In this document: one piece after another, positions 37,459 to 52,374 of the stretch
Layout: each line of letters opens with the position of its first letter
Position numbering within the stretch: the stretch's first letter is position 1
Assembly (NCBI GenBank): GCA_028534125.1
Contig: CM052817.1
Span: forward strand, 85,996,001 to 86,060,000
DNA: 64,000 nucleotides
From: Lama glama
Lineage: Eukaryota
Reading direction: 5' to 3'
Made by a program: the position numbers and the translations under genes
Notes under the pieces: generated by a model
What the model saw: only the letters and a program-made list of their open reading frames with translations
Database searches by the model: none
Told to the model about the DNA's origin: nothing

Positions 37459-37880
37459 TGATCAAGAACGTCTTAAAGTTCGCCTCAGCTTGACTAAACT
37501 TTAGACAGGCTTCTCTTCCTCATTTTTAGCTCATGACTTGCTTTTTTTTTTTTTTAAAGAACATTTGCTTCAAAAAAAACTCTGATCCTTTGAGATGTAA
37601 ATCTTTTAAGAGCCTTTTACAACTTTTTACAACACAAATGTCTTTCTGAAGGACCCTCGAACCCAGGAACCATGTCATTGTAGTGTCATCACCAAGAAAG
37701 ATAATGCCCCATCTCTGTCCATCTCTATGAGAGGGTAGGAGCCTAAGTTTGGAGGGTGCTATCCTCCAACTTGTAAACTGCTTCCTGTCATGAGATACAC
37801 AAAAATTAATGTTTCCTTTAGGTAAGGTCAATTAGCATACACAGATGGCCTAAGATCCTCCTCACTCAGCTCTTAAACAC
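37459..37880 (+). mobile_element. ERV1 LTR (MER67-like), 3'-truncated
   Basis: cttaaagttcgcctcagcttgactaaactttagacagg...cctttgagatgtaaatctt...gagggtaggagcctaa. Confidence 0.8.
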
Positions 37881-40164
37881 ATGTATCTTTTGAGAATTGC
37901 TAAGTAAATAAAACAATAAATATATCAGATTCCAAGGAATTAAATATATTTGTTAGATAGCCAAAATAGCTTTTATTTGTAAGTCACAAATTGCTTTTAA
38001 GATATTTTTCATCTATCAAGAGAGTCCTAAGGTATAGTGAAAATATACTATATATCGAAGGGTGCTCCACCCCATAATCCATTGACAATTTAGAATTGTA
38101 TTTCTAACGAAAACAATTATAGCATTTCTCTCCAAAAGAATGAACAAATCGGTTTTGCAAGCAATTTTTTTTGTTCCCTTCTCATCTATTACAGTTCAGT
38201 TTTTCATACACAGTCTTATCTCAGCACAAATAAGTAAATACTGCAGGTATAAACCAGTTGTGATACACATATAAATAAATACTAACTATAAATCTATTAT
38301 ATGAAGATGTGAACATTTTTAGAAAGGTACTTAACTTTTGAAATTATTTAATCAATACTTTTAGTACTATATGTGAACAGTGTAAGTAATGTAACAAAGG
38401 TCAAAATCGCTGATTAATAGCCGACTTAGAATTCCAGTCTAGAGTCTAGTTTATAGTACAGATCTGTTTTCATTTTTATATGCTTGATATAGTATTTTAT
38501 AAATTTTAACAGACTTTTTTTGAAATGGATATATTTTACATAGTAGTATTTACTTTATATATGTAGAGTTAAATGAAAGTAGCCAACACTGCTAAGGTCA
38601 GAAATTTCTTCATAGGACAAGAATAAGGCAGAGCGAGTGAATATTGTTATCTTTATCGTGGAAGGTGTTTGGCATACAGGTTAACAATCTTATGTTATTT
38701 GCTTCTTTTATTTAATTTCAAATAATTTACCTAATTTCAGGAAAAGTAAGGAACATCTTAAGACTTAAAGCTGACTCTGAAGAATATAATTAAAATAAAT
38801 TAGACATAAATATGCATATATAGGTATGTATGTATGTATGTGTTTGTGCGTACATGCACGTATGTATAATATTTCAGAATTTATACTATACAAATATACA
38901 TGTATATATGTTTATACATATGTGTGAGTATACAGAATTTTCAAATTTATATTATATAGCATATATGTAGTTGTAATATATTTCATTCAATTAGGTTGTT
39001 AAGTGGCTCTATCTATCTCTTTATAACTATTATCTGTCTGTCTCTGCTTGTATACCTGTCTCCCTATCCACTTATTAATCTGTACATCTGTGCAGCTGTC
39101 ATTTGTCCATCTGTACACCTTTCTGTCTCCTCTCTCAATTCACTATTTTTGCATGAGAAATGTAAACAATAATTATTGTAATTTCCAAAGGAGTCACTGA
39201 ATGGTACATGGCATAATCATCAGGTAGTGCTTGAGAGTGGAGCTCAGATTTATGACTGAAAAAACTTTCAAGGAGAGCTATGAGCCAATTTAATGAAGAG
39301 TAGGAAGATTATTATTTATGACCGTAAAGACATTAGAGGAAAAGACATAGAGGCAGAACTAAGGCAGAATACTTATTATATGGTTTATTTGAAAGTTGTA
39401 TTTTTACTAAGATTATAGTAGTTAGATAAAGCTCAAATAGCAGGTAAGAACCCAATTTAGGAGGTTGAAAAATATATTCTAATTAATGTCTCAATGAAAG
39501 CAAGCTTATTATTATGTACTAAAATATTATGGAAGAAATATGAATACAACCTGAATAGTAAGTTGTAGAAAACAAAAACTTGTAAGTATTAACGAAATCT
39601 CTCATTATACCATGGTGACTGAGTATAGGTGACATTTTCTATTTTCCAAAATAAATTTTAAATTAATATCTTTATGGGTTTCATCTTATTCCATTACAGC
39701 AACTTAGTATCACCCTGATTTTCCATATCTACAATTTGATGAGATTAATTGGGCACCAATACCCTAAGAGAGTTTATATATCATATGTAGCTATTTGAAT
39801 TTTATGCCTGGTTTTAATATATAGTTCATAATTATATCAAATGATGAAAACAGTGAAATATTTTCCTTTTAGAAAGCATGCATAACTTGATATCTAAATA
39901 CAGTCATTGTGAGTTTTTTGAAAATGTTGCATGTTTTAAAGTAGAGATAAAAATCATTTTGAATTCCATGAAAAATCCACTTCATTTTATGAAAGGTGTG
40001 AACATCTGCTACTGTATGCATGCTGCCTATCTCCTGTAAGTGTTATAGTTATAGAAAAGTTAAGATACTGATATATTGTGAACTTGTAAACTGGGTGACT
40101 TTCCCTCAAGACAAATTCAGTGACTGTTTCATTTTGAGGGTCTTACCAGTGACACTGCTTAGTA

Positions 40165-40282
40165 CAGGGGCCAGCAAACTTTTTCTCTATGGAACCAGAT
40201 GATAAATACTGTCTAATTTGCGGGCAACACATGTGGTGTCTGTTGCAACTGCACAACCCTACTGCTGCAGTGAGAAAGCTAC
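40165..40282 (+). mobile_element. MER58A (hAT-Charlie) 5' half
   Basis: caggggccagcaaactttttctctatggaaccagatgataaata...tctgttgcaact. Confidence 0.8.
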
Positions 40283-43200
40283 TGAACTCCCAAGGGAAGA
40301 GGGTGATGATGGCAGAAGCACAAACAGTGAGGAGACTCTAGAGAATACAGAACTCAAGAGGGCAACTCAGTGAGGGCTGCCCCTTGTCACTTCAAGATTA
40401 TCCTTCCAGTGTCCCTATCTGTGAACTTTCTTGACTTAGTAAGGGGAATTCTTGTATTTATGGTGCTCCTTACCCTTAGTTGTTTTAACTTACAATATAC
40501 TGAACCTACCTTCACCATTGTAGCAAGTGATCTATTTATAATAGTGACCACCTTTTTGGTCGTGATCAAAAAACACCCCTGACTTGCACTTGCAGTTTCC
40601 CTACTTGCTGCTCTCCCAATCCGTGTTACAACTAATATCAACTTAAGTGGCTAAATCCATTTTCTGTCTGGCAGTCTTCACTTCTTTCTCTAAGATTAAA
40701 AATAAATAGTTTTACTAGAGAAAAAATTAAAATTCAAACCTCCTTTTATGAACATTGAATTTGATATCATTCTTTTGTATATACAATATAATATAATATG
40801 TGAAAGCAAGATCCTCTTTATTTCCTACCATTGCTCTCAGAAAAGTGAGGCAGAATTAGCTACCTCCAAAGAATTAAAGACAGTCATCACTTAAAAAAAT
40901 TATTCAGTGCCTCCTTGTTTCTCTATATATAGAGTCTGATTACAGTTAATTGAACACTACACAAAGGCAGTTAGATAAAATATTCAACTAATTGATTATA
41001 AATCTAATTCCAAATATTCTGGTCTGTGGAAGATACAGAGAGAGACTGAGGCTCACATACCCAGGCAGAGAGCTGTATGGTTAAGTTTGGCAAAGAAGTT
41101 CCCTTTTATCTAGCACTCCAAGTGCAGTCCCAGTAATTAAACATCCTTAGTCAAATGTGAAGTGAGAGGAATAACCATGATACCTATTCCTGTTCTTCTC
41201 ATAGTATTTTGTATAGTCATCTTTTAGCTCATCTGTTACCTCACAAATATACTGCAGTTCCAAAGGGATATGAAATACTTTATATTTATCTGCATATTCC
41301 CAGCACTAGCTCAATGCTTGGCACATACAATATATTAAAAAATGTGAAAATGTCTCCAGAGAACTGAGTTAGCTGTCCATTAGTTCTCTCAGGTGGAATA
41401 GCGTGACAAAGGCAACAGTCAGCAAACAACATTTCCTGGATGTCTGTGTATATGAGTAAGTGAATGATGCATTAAATATGATACACATTAACATGCATCT
41501 AATTAATTAGGTTCTTATGCCTGGTAAAAGAAAAATGAGAAACTCTAAAAGATATTGCTTTGAGATATTTCCCTCTGGACTTATTTACAAGCTAACAGAA
41601 GGATGTAAATCTGGTAATCGGTAAAATTTGCGTATTTGTGAAAGAAAGATCTGTAAGATGATAGATCTCTAAGAAATTTGCTCTATTGATATTTTATAAG
41701 TTCATGTCATGGGATGGTGAATCCATCTGGAAGAAAAAGCCTTCCTAGAAAATTTGAGTCTAAACACATTGAAATGTAATAATATCCATTGTGATACATT
41801 CAAGATGCATATAAATTTCATATCAAGAAAGCTTTACTTGATGTTGATTTTGTATTTTTCTGTGCACATCACAAAGGGGCCTGCACTTAGAAGTTCATGA
41901 GTATATTAATATGGTAATACTGTTAATAACATGCAAGAATGTTTGAAGATCTCTAAAAAATAAAACGGCTACTTCCCCTTAGATTATAGGAGTAGTATTT
42001 GTTAGTATATATAAAATTAAATCTTTCAAAATACCAAAATCTTAACATCTTTTGCTTCAACTGAATAAGAGGAGTTTATAACTTGGGGACCATGTCTGGC
42101 AGTCACGGTTTTGACTACACCCCCTCCACACTGTAAGAAGACTAATGCGTGAATGAACACATGAGCACTCCACAGAGAAGAGGCCATGATAAAACAGGAC
42201 TTTTAAAAGAATCTTTGATCAAAAATGATTCAGAAGCACAGTTTTACATGAAAGGATCAAGAACCTTGATTTTTGACAAGGTTAAAAATACCCTTATAGA
42301 TGTGTACCACTGAATATTAATAACGGTGACATCTTCTTTTAAATACTCTTTGTAATGTTACTTTTCAGATAGGAATCAGGCCTCTGTGCTTGTTATATTT
42401 TCTATGCAGAAGATCAATCTTTACCGTTTATCATCTTACCATTTAAATATACTTATCTGTTGTTTCCAGTCACTGCTCCTTCTCTGATCACTTTGTTTAA
42501 ACTAACTACTTTATCCACTCTTCACTGTCCCTTTATTCTGCTTCTGTACCTTACACTTACACAGATCATGAGGTTGGTGATATGTCATGTTCACTACCGT
42601 GTCTTCAGTTACCAAAATACTTCATAGGAGCTCAGTAAATAATTAATAACTGTTGAATACTAAATGAATGACATGGGGGAAAATTCCCTATCCAACCTAG
42701 TACTGATATTAGACCAAGATCATTGTTCAACTTAGCCCAACACCTTGCATGTCCATCATAATATTTCATAAATAAAACATCAATCAATACATATTTTTAA
42801 ACTATAAACATACATATGATGAGACATTTCCATGGAGATAAAATAATAGAATAAAAGTAACTTACAATTGAATATAATGAGAAGAACTTGGGATGAATGA
42901 AGAAGAAAAATAGCAAAATTACCAAAACTTACATTATATTTGAAAACAATTCAAGGAAAAATGTAAACTACAATAAGAATCAGTGTGTTTATGGTCAATA
43001 GTAAAATAGTGCAAATATTTTAAAACTATCTTGGCTATTTTGTTCTAATTTCATTGCTTATTTTAATGTTGATTTTAGTCCCCAAAGAATAAAAGAATAA
43101 CATTCCAAAAGAACATTTTTGATAACCATAGAGATAAACTAATAGATAAATAGCATACTTACAATCTTTTAGGAATTATTATATTTAATAACAATAAAAT

Positions 43201-46200
43201 ATTGATGTATTTCAAATAAAATAATTTTCATAAGACCATTTTATTTGTCCTTATATTTTTAAAGTAATTGATATATTCCTCTATTAAATCAAAAATTAAA
43301 TGATTATTTTAAAAGAAAGTTCATGTAAGACTCACTGGTATGCCAGTGAAGTAATAAAAATTAAGTCCATACTCTATATTACAAATTTTGCTCAGTTTCA
43401 GAAATTACAGCATGAACAACACAAACATATCTATTTTTTTTTTTAGAAAAATCATGTTCTGCCTGAGAGAGATATTGAAAAATACAACTAATTTAAGAAG
43501 CAATGCTTTATGATAAAATAAAAAGGCTGTGAGGGGTGAGTTATAATATTTCATTATATACATATGTAATACAAATAATCTGACTATCCAAATTATTGTG
43601 CTCAATTAGTGCATCCACTATCTGTTTTATTTTCTCTCTCTTGCTCTCAAAGTTTCTAGAACTACCCCAAGAGTAAAAACTCTATTTCTATAATGCATCT
43701 TAGAAATCTTTTCTTTTTCACCTCATGTAGGCTCTACACACAGAAAAACAATCTCTCCAAAGGGCCAAATAGTTTACTTCAATTAGTCACTTATTTTAAA
43801 AACAGAAAAGAATGAGCCTGATATTTTACTTGATTTCTCTCCTTTAATAAAATCCTTAAATTCAACTAATGTAAGAAAATTAAGTTTACATTTAGTCTTG
43901 AATTTTTCAACCATATACTCATGTGGCCTTAAATTCTACAACTTGGCTTTACATTTTTACAACAATATATTTTCATTTAGGAGATGACAAGAAATAGTGG
44001 CCAGAGAACGCTAGGTTTGAAGTAAAGCAACAATTTGAAAATCTCACACTTCTTCAAAACACAATCTCCTTTCTGTGCCCCTGGATGTCCAAAGTATCCA
44101 CAGCAATACTTTATGATCAAGCTATTGTGTTCTGTATTTTTTCCAGGCTACACACATACCTATTAAATAATCATTTCACAACTGCTCTGTAAACCATATT
44201 ATGATCAATAAAACATGTGCAATCTGAGATTTGACATCAGGTGAATCAGTAGGACTCATAGAGCTCAGACAAACATTCAGCAATGATAAAATGTGTCCCT
44301 TTTTGCATCAGTATGAACCGACTTCCAGCGAGGAATTATGTTAAAAGAGAAAATAATCTCCAGCACATGATTTCAAAAGAGAAAACTAGGAGGATTGGTA
44401 TATTTAAATACAGAAACTCAAGAGTTCACAGTTTGAAATTGCATAGTCCTTTCTCAACACTGTAATTATCACTTTGAAAATTTCTTTGAAAGTGCTCCTT
44501 TATTTTAGTACACAATAGTATACCGGATTATAATTACTTTTTGATGAGAAATTAAATTATACATATTGGGAAGCATCAGTATTTTGGCAAGTCACAAAAT
44601 AAGCAATAGTCTCACTACAAGAGTCATGCCATTTTACATTATGAAAAACAATGGGTGTCTTTGTCACTTTTTATTTTTTGGCTAAGATGATACACATTTT
44701 CCAAGTTCCTAAAATATATTATTATAAATTCTCCCCCTAGCTATTTAATTTTATTGGACATACATACTTTGAAAAGTAAATTATTATAAAAATTTTAAGA
44801 ATGATGAAATAAACTTCTACATCTGACATTCTTATAATGTAACAGGGTATATATTTAATGCTCCTTCCAATACACTGAAACAGAGAAATGCCTTCTGTTA
44901 CCATGCATTTATACACAATCATAGAATATTTTTATATTAAAGTTGTGTGACATTATAAATTATGTAATGTCTATATATATATATATGGTTGTGTGTGTGT
45001 ATTCTTTTTTTTTTTAATCTGACTGGAGAATCTTAAGATTTTAAATTATGATTTCATGAGTTTGTCTTTTTCAGCTCTCTTATTTTATTAGAAGAGAAGC
45101 TTATGTTTTTCTAAAGTGATTTTGGTGTAGTCCTCATTATGGCATATTTCTAAGAATATATTTAACAGCAAAAAAAATTTTTTTCAACCAGTAGGGTTTT
45201 ATTGTTGAAGATTATGCCTGTAGCATAACTTGGGAGAGTAGCAGACTTTTATTTATAAATACAGATAAAATAACCACTACTAATACCAATTCACTTCAGA
45301 TTTATTGCATAAAAATAAACAAGTATATAGGTCTTATATATAAGTAATAATTTAATACTGTTATATCATCATAAGTGCAAATTATATCCAAGAAACTAGA
45401 TTAATGAAGTGTAATGAGGAAGATCTTAATTATACACAAGTCAGCATATTCCAAACAAAAGTTATTTAGCTATACCCTTTTTCTAACCCCTTCTGTAAAT
45501 CATTAGGTTATCTCTCTTTTTTTAAATACTAATTTCAACATACAATTCAAGACTTCTTTATTTAAGAAGACAGAATAAAACAGTCATAGTTGAATACTGT
45601 TTTAAGAAAACAGAACCAAACCACCTTTTGAAAAATCTGCCAAGATTTTTTAATAATCTAAATTCACCATCAATTGTATATGAAAATAATTATCTTTCTG
45701 GAGTAAGCAAATAAGCATTTTAATTTGGTCATGTAGTGAACTGAATTATTTTGATATGTCATCTTGCATCATTTTGACAAACTAATTAAACTAACTTCAT
45801 TTGTATGAATACAGAATTATAAAATATGTAGTTTTCAGTTCTTGTTTCAGAAATCGGCTTATTTGTCTGTGTGGCTGACCAACCGAACATTGGTACAGAT
45901 GACTTCTCACTTCTAAGACTAAAGTTCTATCTGGAAGTTGTTGGCCATTCAGTGGGACTCATCTTTTGACTGATTCCCTCTCTGTATTTTACAATTTGGA
46001 GAAATAGTTTAAGGACAAAGGCAAAATGGTTAAACACTACACAAAGCAAGTGGTGACTCCCATTGTTATTCTGTCTGACTCAATAACTAAGTTTTAAGCT
46101 CCTTCAGAAAAAAAAAGGTATCTTTTTTTTTCAGTAGTTTCCAGTATAGCACATTATTCAGTGAGTATATAATACTTCTGCTGAATGTAATTCAGAGTTG

Positions 46201-46465
46201 AAAGGAGCTACTTGATGTTACTTGATATGTGAGAATAATTGAAAATTACTATTTGTAAGCAGAACTTCCAAACGAATGTATTTAATACTTTGTTTTATTC
46301 ATTAAAATTAAAAAAGTAAAATATTTTTAAATTGTGGATCAGTAGCACAGCTTACTTAAATAACCATGATTACCATAGTAAAGGTAGAGCATGACATGAG
46401 TATCAAAGTTCAGAGCTGGAAAAGATAACATCAGGTTTGATCGGGTTAGGAATGCTACACGCAAT

Positions 46466-46528
46466 GTATATTAGCTTGCTAGGGCTGCCATGACAAAGTA
46501 GTGCAGTTTGGGTGGCTTAAACAGCAGA
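46466..46528 (-). mobile_element. MLT1 LTR terminal fragment
   Basis: tattagcttgctagggctgccatgacaaagta..tgggtggcttaaacagcaga. Confidence 0.8.
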
Positions 46529-48035
46529 TGGTTACATTATCCAATAGAAGTCTCCACAGATCATTGTGAGGAGTCTGGAGGTGTTCTGTCACATCAAGCA
46601 GTCATGAAGGGCTTCATCAATGATTACAGGAAGAAGAGCAGCTGGGTTAAAATCATTACAACTTAAAAGAGTTCTGTGAGGAGCAGTTAACGAAAGGATT
46701 TCATAGGAGGTGAGGTGGCTGGCTGCAACCGTTCAGTGTGATAAGAATTCAGGAGGATGTCTACTGCAGGGGTTACAAAAAACGGCTAAAGAGGAGTCCA
46801 CGATGATTTTCTTGTTGGCCGTAATCAAAAGGGCAGTGGCAGTATTGGCTCTAAGGAAAGGGGGGATATCCCTGCACCACAGTGTCCAGTTGTGGCTAAA
46901 ACAACCAACGGGTCACTGGTGGTCCCCATGTTTTTTCAGGTGACTACACCAAGAACATTCCTTTCTTTCTCATTTACAAAAAGGAAAGGAGAATCTGATC
47001 ATTGGGATGCCCAAAGGCAGGTGGATTTATCAAACTCCTTTAAAGTCTTGAAAGCTATGTTGTGGGGTTCTTCCCATAAAACTGGGACAAGGTTGTTACT
47101 TTTGAGTAAAACATATAGAGGTTTGGCCATAAGAGAGATTACTGGAATCCAATTTTGGCAATAACCAACAAGACCCAAGGGTTTTGGGAAACTTCTGACA
47201 TCATGAAGTCTATCTGGATCTCAGCGTAGCCCTTATTTTGGTATTAGGTGTCCTAAATATCAAACCTGGTTTTAGGTAAACTGCAATTTTTTTGAGAACT
47301 TACTTCCTTCGAGGCTAAAAGCTTTATTTAGCAAGCAGATGCTGCCTTTCTGTGAGCAGGCTTGAGAAGGAAAGCAAAGGAGCAACTTATTCACATATTG
47401 CAACAAAGTAGAACCTCTAAGAAACTTTACATCATATAGAACAGCTTTCAGGATTTCTGAGAAATAAAAATAACTCTTAACAAAACCCTGAGGCATTTTG
47501 TCCAGGAATTATTTCTCTCCCTGAGTGAAGGCAAAAATTATTGGCGAGCTTTATCACCCAGAATACTAGAGAATGCACTGCATAAGTCAATTACAATAAA
47601 GAATTTGCTTCCGATGGGAACGAACGTTATTAACACGTGAGTATTAGGAAAAACAGGGTATTGAGGGATAGTAATGTTGTTTACTGCTGGGAGATCCTGG
47701 ACAAACCTCCACTCTTGGCCCTTAGTTTTCTCACAGGTAAAATGAGAGTTACAGGGCTGAGTACACATGCTAATGAGACCTTAAGCCTTGTAATCTTCTA
47801 TTATTGGTTTTATACCTTGAAGGGCTTCTTTACTTGTAAGGTACTGATTAATTCTGAGAAGAGGTTTTGAGGAGTCTATTTGAATTTTGATGTGAGATGT
47901 ACTGTTAATTTTGCCAACATTACTTGAAGATTTTGTCCATAAAGAAAGTGGTAGCTAATTCAATAGGGAGAAAGGATCAGTGTTTCCACAATCTGCTTTA
48001 GTACCAACAAACAGACAAATAAAAGATGTAAAGGG
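46529..48035 (-). pseudogene. pol: ERV1 pol fragment (RT and tether), no LTRs, homologous to about 33545-35000
   Basis: ORF track gives QEWRFVQDLPAVNN..VIDLCSAF (47538-47768) and MPQGF..LLQYVNKLL (47272-47496); nucleotide alignment to the provirus seen by eye. Confidence 0.93.
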
Positions 48036-51000
48036 CCACGCAACAATCTAAAGCAAGGTAATGACTCACTTGGTCTAACGAATTTGCTTCCTATTGGTTT
48101 CTGTTCTTGCTACATAGCCTCCTTCAATGTATTTTTTCTTGGTCATGTGAATGGTTCTTTTAAAAATGTGAATCAGGTAATACCACACCACTGCTCAAAA
48201 ATGACCAGGGGATGCTCTGGTCTTTAACATGTGCTAGAATGACTTTCTCTCACAATAAGCTTAGTGAAGGTCGAAACTACTTTTAATTTGTTCATCGCCA
48301 TTTATCCAGAGCACAATATTTCATATAGAGAGAATGTCTAAAAACATAAATAGTTAAAATAATGAATCCATTTTTGTTAACACTGTTGGGAAGAAGGGGA
48401 ATAATTGTTACAGGTACATTGCAAGGATCTCCAAACATCATTATATATTATTTCTTAAGTTCTGTTATGAGTATGTAGGCATTTGTTATTTATATTTAAC
48501 TTTACATAGAGGTTTGTATATCTAAAATATTATATTAAATTTAGAGGGGGAGAGTAATTTTATGTACTTGAATTTGCCAAACAAGTATTTACCTTTTTTT
48601 CTAAACATACACTCTCAGTGTGGTGGGCTAAGTTTGGGGTATAAAGGAGGCTAAGTTATGACATTATTGTTTTTCTGAAGGAGGGGAGGTTGAGGGGGAA
48701 GTGTGATGAAAGCAAATGTGTATTTGTTGATTGTAATATACAGTAAGACCACATATCAGCCCAGAGACACTTACAGATACAAGGCTGTAAGCACTGTGAG
48801 CACAGTTATCATGTCTTAATCATCACCATATGCATCATCTAACACAACACCCCAATGTTAAATAAATATTTCTCCAATCATAGATAACAGGATGAATGAA
48901 TGGAAGAATGGATAGACAATCAGATTTCATATAGAATAAAATGAAGATAAGAGTTAGAGATTACATATCTTATAGTGCACAATTATTGTTTTCTCTAATT
49001 AAGGTAGCTTCCCATCAAAATGTCATGTAAAAGAATCATGATAAATTAATTCATAAAAATTACAACCTATGGACATTTTCCCTACATACATCTTTTAAAA
49101 ATCTGGATCTCTAAACATGATCAAAGTATCTTAGAAATAAATTTAACACGCTCATCATTGTATTAAGTTTAAGATGCTACATATTTATTTACATTACTGT
49201 TTATATTTAAAATATTCTCCATCTTATGTTAAAATGTGTAAAATAAATTTTCAGTATTGACTTCCTAAACTAAAAAGCAAAAATGTCAGGGGCATCCTGT
49301 GCGTTCTCTCTCAATGTTGCATAAAACAATGGTTGAAAGAGGAGGTTCTCAAAATTGAACTGCAAATCAATGCATCATTGGCAAAATACACTAAACAATA
49401 TAATGTTTAAATGAATTGATAAACCAAGGATACAGTTTGAAGACATTTATTTCATACATTTTCACTAGGGAATGTAAAATAATATTTCAACCCAAATGCT
49501 GGCTGCTGCAGGAGTTCCAATCAATAGCAATTATTATGTATGTGAAATAGATGGTGAAATATTCACAATGAATGTATTCACAGAAATAGTAACTGAAAGT
49601 GAATTAGTGTGGTCTGAAAAGATAACATCACAGAGAAGTAAGACTAAATGAAGACCAGATCAAAACAATGTTAACAGTGACAAGAGCAACTACAAGGACC
49701 AAGCCAATATAACAAGCAATGTTTCCCACAGGAGAGCAAAGTGGTCTGAGGGACTGAGATCACCTCCAAAATTTTAAGTACTAAAATATCTATACCTATC
49801 ACTGAATTTATATGTATATTTAAATAAAATTCATCAAACTAGAGGAAGAAATGGAGTCACACTAAATGTTGGAAAAATATTTCACCTTGTTAACAATTAT
49901 TTTTCTTCCAGGAAAGATTATGAGTGAATACTTAATCCTTCATTCTTACATATTTTCTTCTTAAATTTTCTAAAACTAATCACATCTCTAATTAGAATAT
50001 AATTAAAATATATTATTTTAAAATAGTTTACAAGGCAGAAAATACCTTTAATGTGTGATAATGTATAAGGCAGAACAAACGGCCATATCTAAAAGACAAA
50101 ATGAAGTAAAAGGTATTTGTGCAAAGCATTTGTAATTATTGTTATTAGTTAATTATTTTCAATTAAAATAGATATACTTACATGTCAATAAATATACATT
50201 GAAATTAAACTTAATTTTAAATGATTTTCTATTAATATATTTTTCACTTGAAAATATAATTTTCATTATTTCTTAAATTCATCTAAATGTTTATAGGTAA
50301 TACTAAGTAGTATTTCTTAGAAAGATAGCCCAATCAAAAAAACAATTAACAAGATAAGTTACCTTTTTTATATGATTCCATATTGTTAAGTCTCTTCCCC
50401 TTTTCTTTATTTCCACATAACATATTACTATGTTTGTCAAATCCTTCATATGCTACATTATATAATTATGAATGCACTTGGATAGTTTTATAATATTTAT
50501 TCAGTTTGGCCAATCAGATTGAAAGGTATCCAAGAATCCAAATTTTCAATCAAGAATTGTATTCTTAGGCTGATTTGTGCTTACAAACCAGCTATAATAA
50601 ACATTTAAGGGAAATCAGAGTCTTTGTCAAATTATTCAGGTATTTGCTCAGCTCCCTTATCTATATACCCATCTAGCTACCTATGGAAAATGTGCTCTAT
50701 CAAAAATACGTAATTTTTTTTAAGATTCTATCTAGAAAATAAAAGATATTATGTTATTTTATATTTTTAAAAAGAAAACCACTTTGGGTATTTCTTCATT
50801 AGGGAAATGCATACAAGTAGTGATAATGTAGACAGGAAAATTGCCGTGTAATTTAGGGTTCTATTTGGATCAGAAACTATGAAAGCTATTTCATAACATC
50901 TTTTTTTTTATTTCTTTTTTTTTCTGGTTAAAATATAACAGTAAAATAAATTTATATTGAATTATTTACTTTCAGTTTCCCAGATGGACTTTGAAGTTTT

Positions 51001-52374
51001 TTTCATATGAAGTCATAAGTAATCAAAACAACTGTATCAAAAGAAAAATTATTATTTATACAAGAAAGATACATGTATGTCAATAAATTAAAGGGGACTT
51101 TATTGCAGTTTTCATTTCAAAACAGGTGACTCTTCACCCTTTCTTAGTCTTCCTGTCAACTATTTGTAGAATTCCTAATTATTACAAAAAGAAGATACCA
51201 GATTTTACTAATGGTCTAAAAATCATCAATCTCTTTTTCTATACAGAACCTTATCTATGAATAAAAATAGTGTTGTTGCCAAATAGGAATGCTTAAATTT
51301 TCCATAAAATACATTTCCACATAAGCATGGGGGTAAACCAGCAGCTGGTGCAGTGCTTTTGTAATTTACGAAGGAGAAAATGGTGTTCAGAGATGTTAGT
51401 GGAATTGTGCCAAGTCTATGGCTAGTAATTACATAGGTGGGCTTTTCACTCAAGTCAACCTTGAACAATAGCCTGAATTTCTTTCACTGCTCTGTATTTT
51501 GTGCACTTCATTTGTTTCATGTCTTCTTTTCTTGGATGGAGAAGAGTCACTATTCCATGTTTCATGAGGAGGAACTACAGGGATAGGTAAGAAATATACC
51601 AATGTGCTAACATTCTTAAATACCTTCTACTAACTGAAAGGAACAGAAGTGAGGTCTGCACCCCTCCCAAACTTCTAAAAGGCTGTGACATTTTCTGCAA
51701 TTTACAACATGATTATGAAAATTGGGAAATGAAACATTATTATAAGAAAGATCATTACTGTTAGAGAAATGATTAATTGATTATAAATTTAATTTAGAAG
51801 TGATTATATATTAGAAATGCAAGTTCTTAGTCAGAAAAGTTTTAATTACTAAGTAGTCTGAGATTTAAGATAAGTGTATGATGAAACGCCTAAGTATAAA
51901 CTTGTGGATGTGAGAAGCTGCCTAAGTAATTTGAAGAAATAATTAAATAGATTAAAAAAAATGACTGAAAAATAAGCATTCATTATTGTGAGGTCATGTT
52001 TAAAGCAGAATAATTTTACATTTCTCAGGAAGTCTGTACCTTTTAACATAAAAATATTTACCCAGGCTACAACCCAATCTGTAGAGTCCACAAAAATACT
52101 CACGTCAAGTAGGACCACTGATTAAAACCCAAGAAGAAAGGAGTTGAAAGAAAACAATAAATAATACTTTCATCTTGTTTGGGATTTATTCATCATTATT
52201 CCATGCTTCCTCCTCTAGTAACCTATAAGAAGGTCAAAATTTCACACTATATTTAACTACAAGAGCTAACTATAAAGACTTCCCTAAATATAATTAGGTC
52301 TGTATGTTTTTGTTATTCTATTATAGACAGAAAAAATACAGTCAAAATATTCTTACTTGAGTGGATTAAACTTA

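Noticed and set aside
40355..40386. Imperfect hairpin caagagggcaac...gctgccccttg
   Set aside because: The stem is short and mismatched; not enough for a miRNA or structured RNA call.
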